This document shows, piece by piece, positions 62,008 through 64,000 of a DNA stretch of 64,000 nucleotides. The stretch is from the human T2T-CHM13v2.0 reference genome, Homo sapiens: NCBI RefSeq assembly GCF_009914755.1, contig NC_060948.1; one strand, given 5' to 3'. The notes below the pieces were generated by a model, which saw nothing but the letters and a program-made list of their open reading frames with translations, was not told the origin of the DNA and made no database searches. Positions within the stretch are counted from its first letter, which is position 1. Every line of letters begins with the position of its first letter. Position numbers and translations under genes: made by a program.

Positions 62008-64000
62008 TCCTTGAAAACGAAAGTTCCACAAGGGCGAAACAAGAAAACAAATTTAACACCCCCCAAAGAAAGTACGAAGAGTAACCTCAAAAGAACCGCA
62101 GGGGAAAACAATTCAAAATTTACAAGTATCTACCCTAAAAGAAGCTGAAAGTCCCTCAAAAACTTTCCAGAGGCCATGTCCTTGTATTACAAAAATGATC
62201 ATAAAAACTGGCAGGAGTAGACGAATAGAAATGCATCTTAAAACTTGCTGAACACTTCAAGTCTCCCATAAGAATTGTAATGGAAAATGGATCAGTCGGC
62301 AGTTTTTTCCATACAATTATGAACAAATTATATTTCTTCATACATAGATTTGTTTTTTCAATATTCTAAGGAATTAACTTTTATATTAATAGTAGGTGAT
62401 GTAAGAAAGCAGGCCTTTATCAAGATAACTGACACTGGATGTCCATACCATTACTCAGGTGGGCCTTAATTCCCAGCCAGGTTCCCTCCCTGGACACACA
62501 CTGAAGGTCCCCAGCCATTTGGCAATCTCTTCACATTCCCAGCCCTGGAGGTAGCCCTAAAATACATGTACCTGAAGAAAATAAAACATTGCCTCACACT
62601 GGAGCCCAGTGTGGTCCTCCAGATTCCGTGTGAGGTGGACTAACTTATATGGGAAGGCAGGGCAGCGGGAGTGAGGATGGCAGAGAGGATTACACATGTC
62701 AAGGCAGCCGGGGTCATGGAAACAAAACATGACTGGCCTGGGAGAAACACTGTGAAAGGACACAGACCTAGGTGGGCCTCAGGTGGACATCCTCGTGGAG
62801 AAAAAGGGGGCCCTGGTTGATCTCAAAATGAGCCCCAGGTGGTAGCAGGTCTTACCGCAGGGCAGGGAGCTGGCGAGTAATGATGAGACAGCTATCCCTT
62901 AAGCCCTGCTTGTCACCCACTGACTTTAGCCACATATGCATCATAGTGGCTTAAGGTGCCCCGATCCTGAAATGTGGGTGTTACGTGTCCCTGATGGGCC
63001 TCTCTCCCCCAACCCACGGATTGCCTGGGATTGCTCACTGCAGTCTCCTCCCGGATCCTTGGGTTCTCCATGTGGGGCCCAGATCCAGGTCAAAAGGCCT
63101 CTCAGTTCCCAGCCCTTCCCAGCCCTAGGCTGCTCGCCTGGCCTCCTCTCTGTTCCGCCTCTAGGGCTGACCCTCTCTCCATGGGATAGAACTGCAATGG
63201 ATTGAGCCATAGGCCCTGGCTGATGATCTAGGGGACTGCAGAAGTGGGTCCAGGACAGTTCAGGTGACAGTTCAAAGCCAATTCCCCAGAGACCAAGGAA
63301 TGACCAGCTAGGTCCTTTCCCATGATGCCCCATGGCGAACCCCACCTCAGCAATCCTGCCAAAACCCGGGCAGTCATGTTCAGCCAAACAGCTGAATGAG
63401 CTCAGGTAGGAGGTGTACTGCCTGCAGCTGGAGGCTTGACCTTCGTGATCCCAGAACCGCTGGACTGCAGTGGAATGAGACACCCTGTAGCCTGCAGGGA
63501 GAGGAGTCAGGAAGGTTCATGCCAGTCCCACCCTCCCACACACCAGCTCCCCTACCATGCTGGGAGGCATTCCTTACCGAGGATGCCAACACAGTGCTCC
63601 TTCATGATGATTTCACTGTGGAAATAAAGGTTGGGATGAAAGGAAATCATCCTGCCACCGGTAACCGGGATGGCTGAGTTCCTCCACCTGCCGGATCAAG
63701 GAGAAAGAGGATGGATTCAATGGGACCATCTCAACTAGCTGGGCTGAGGTGGCCTACTAGCTGTAGTGAACCATGAGTTTCCCCTTCCCAGCTCTCCCAC
63801 TGAGACAACCCTGGTCCCCAGGGGGACCTCAAACTGACTCAGACACTGGACTCCTCCCACAGACCCAGGCTCCCCAGCCTGACCTGCAAATCCATCACGT
63901 AGCAAAGCAGGACTTCCGCATGCTTTCCGACCCACGCCGACATCTCGTGTGCCAAACAATCTACCTCTGCGCAAGAACTCTCCAGAGGATTGGGTGGGCA
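60844..64000 (+). repeat. TSPY array tandem unit 4 (partial, runs off the window)
   Basis: Matches positions 1 to ~3155 of unit 1. Confidence 0.95.
63138..63960 (-). pseudogene. FAM197Y: Inverted TSPY-derived gene (FAM197Y-type), unit 4, exon 2-5 homologues only; the 5' part is outside the window
   Basis: Copy at offset +60846; ORF 62941-63483 carries the exon-4 homologue. Confidence 0.8.

Noticed and set aside
1-64000. Identical ORFs in every unit taken as evidence of coding conservation; CRISPR-like or prokaryotic system
   Set aside because: Identity reflects recent duplication and homogenisation of the whole unit. There is no repeat-spacer array or operon structure, and the DNA is primate (Alu, L1, THE1, spliceosomal introns).

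Overview
Human (or close great-ape) Y-chromosome ampliconic DNA: the TSPY tandem array (DYZ5-type ~20.3 kb repeat). The window holds three complete near-identical units (1-20284, 20285-40551, 40552-60843) and the first ~3.2 kb of a fourth. Each complete unit has one intact six-exon TSPY gene on the + strand (314, 308 and 314 aa). Head-to-head with it on the - strand is a degenerate TSPY-derived gene (FAM197Y/CYorf16-type) whose exon 1-5 homologues can be reconstructed by hand. A second, truncated - strand TSPY-family relic lies downstream, along with Alu, L1 and THE1 elements and microsatellites. Most entries in the ORF track are spurious. No rRNA, tRNA or CRISPR features were seen. The system as a whole is well known. 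The less obvious signals are the two related TSPY-family relics per unit, the protein differences between copies, the mosaic of variants between units, and a more divergent fourth unit. All coordinates were counted by hand, and repeat edges are approximate.
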